This document shows, one piece after another, positions 63,574 to 64,000 of a stretch of DNA of 64,000 nt. The stretch is from the NCBI GenBank assembly GCA_036493595.1, contig DASXPN010000008.1, positions 76,041 to 140,040 on the forward strand, written 5' to 3'. This stretch comes from Acidimicrobiales bacterium (lineage in GTDB: Bacteria; Actinomycetota; Acidimicrobiia; Acidimicrobiales; JACDCH01). The notes beneath the pieces were generated by a model that saw only the letters and a program-made list of their open reading frames with translations, was not told the origin of the DNA and searched no databases. The stretch's first letter is position 1. Every line of letters begins with the position of its first letter. The translations under genes were made by a program, and so were the position numbers.

Positions 63574-64000
63574 CAGCCCGACTTCGGTCCGAGTGCAGAC
63601 ACGTCAGGGGTCTCGGGGTACTGGTCGAGGATCGTTCCCAGTTGGTCCTCGAGGCCGACCTGGTCGGTCGTGATCTTTTGGGGATCGGGCACGTTCATGA
63701 TGAATGCGAAGCTCATCTGTGCGCCGTGCGACGTCTGCAGGTAGCCCGCCAGCGCCGTGGCCTGGTTCAGAGTGCCGGTCTTCGCCCGCAGCCGCCCGAC
63801 GACCGGGGTTCCGAGGAAGCGCACATCGAGCGTGCCGGTCTGCCCCGCGACCGGTAGCCCGTTGGCGAGCGTCGATCCCGGACCTTCCGCGTCCAAGAGC
63901 GCCTGCATCAATGCGCACGTCTCCTGATCCTGGGACGCCAAGCCCGAGCCGTCGACCTGCGCGGTGCCGTCGATCGGCAGGTTCCTCTGCTGCAGCGTCT
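63573..64000 (-). CDS. dacB: D-alanyl-D-alanine carboxypeptidase/endopeptidase (PBP4, peptidase S13), C-terminal part; continues beyond the window
   Basis: DGSGLA..., the KTGTL motif and C-terminal segment are present. The frame is open to the window edge. The stop overlaps the next ATG by 1 nt. Confidence 0.75.
   Translation of the reverse strand, partial: TLQQRNLPIDGTAQVDGSGLASQDQETCALMQALLDAEGPGSTLANGLPVAGQTGTLDVRFLGTPVVGRLRAKTGTLNQATALAGYLQTSHGAQMSFAFIMNVPDPQKITTDQVGLEDQLGTILDQYPETPDVSALGPKSG

Overview
Very GC-rich, gene-dense chromosomal core segment from an actinobacterium (Actinomycetota). I cannot name the genus from sequence alone. I support about 65 protein-coding genes, most on the minus strand, many joined by 1-4 nt stop/start overlaps (ATGA, GTGA, TTGA, TGATG). 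Two blocks are collinear with well-studied Mycobacterium tuberculosis neighbourhoods. Block 1 is pdxS ... pimA-like GT4, PIM-type acyltransferase, pgsA ... HIT protein, thrS (Rv2606c-Rv2614c-like). Block 2 is helY, tatC, tatA ... pafC, pafB, pafA, prcA, prcB, pup, dop, mpa ... trmI (Rv2092c-Rv2118c-like), which is the complete Pup-proteasome system. Other content: a TPP-riboswitch-led thiamine salvage operon (thiamine pyrophosphokinase plus ABC importer); an mshC-like cysteine ligase; four DinB-fold proteins; an EF-G-like GTPase; two CNNM/DUF21-CBS proteins; three murein hydrolases (two M23, one LysM-SLT); lemA-htpX; a PilT-like protein with dead ATPase motifs; an apparently frameshifted tandem ThyX-like gene; and a TtuB-like/TtuA-like/TrmI tRNA-modification cluster. 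I recognised no rRNA, tRNA, CRISPR array, transposase, integrase or prophage structural genes, and nothing looks like a horizontally acquired island. I did not find a convincing, wholly new multi-gene system. The leads most worth following are these. (1) A ubiquitin-like sulfur carrier plus TtuA-type thiolase, translationally coupled to trmI, sits beside the Pup-proteasome genes. (2) Two families of short dispersed intergenic repeats occur in the window; one has two copies inside an unusually long pup-prcB spacer. (3) Two genes (htpX, one CNNM) encode conserved N-terminal helices upstream of any ATG/GTG/TTG, and lemA and htpX share a frame across a single TAA. (4) The PilT-like protein is a pseudo-ATPase. 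(5) A methyltransferase gene is inserted with overlapping codons between pafA and pafB. All coordinates, motifs and alignments were derived by hand from the sequence and ORF track. No database searches were run.
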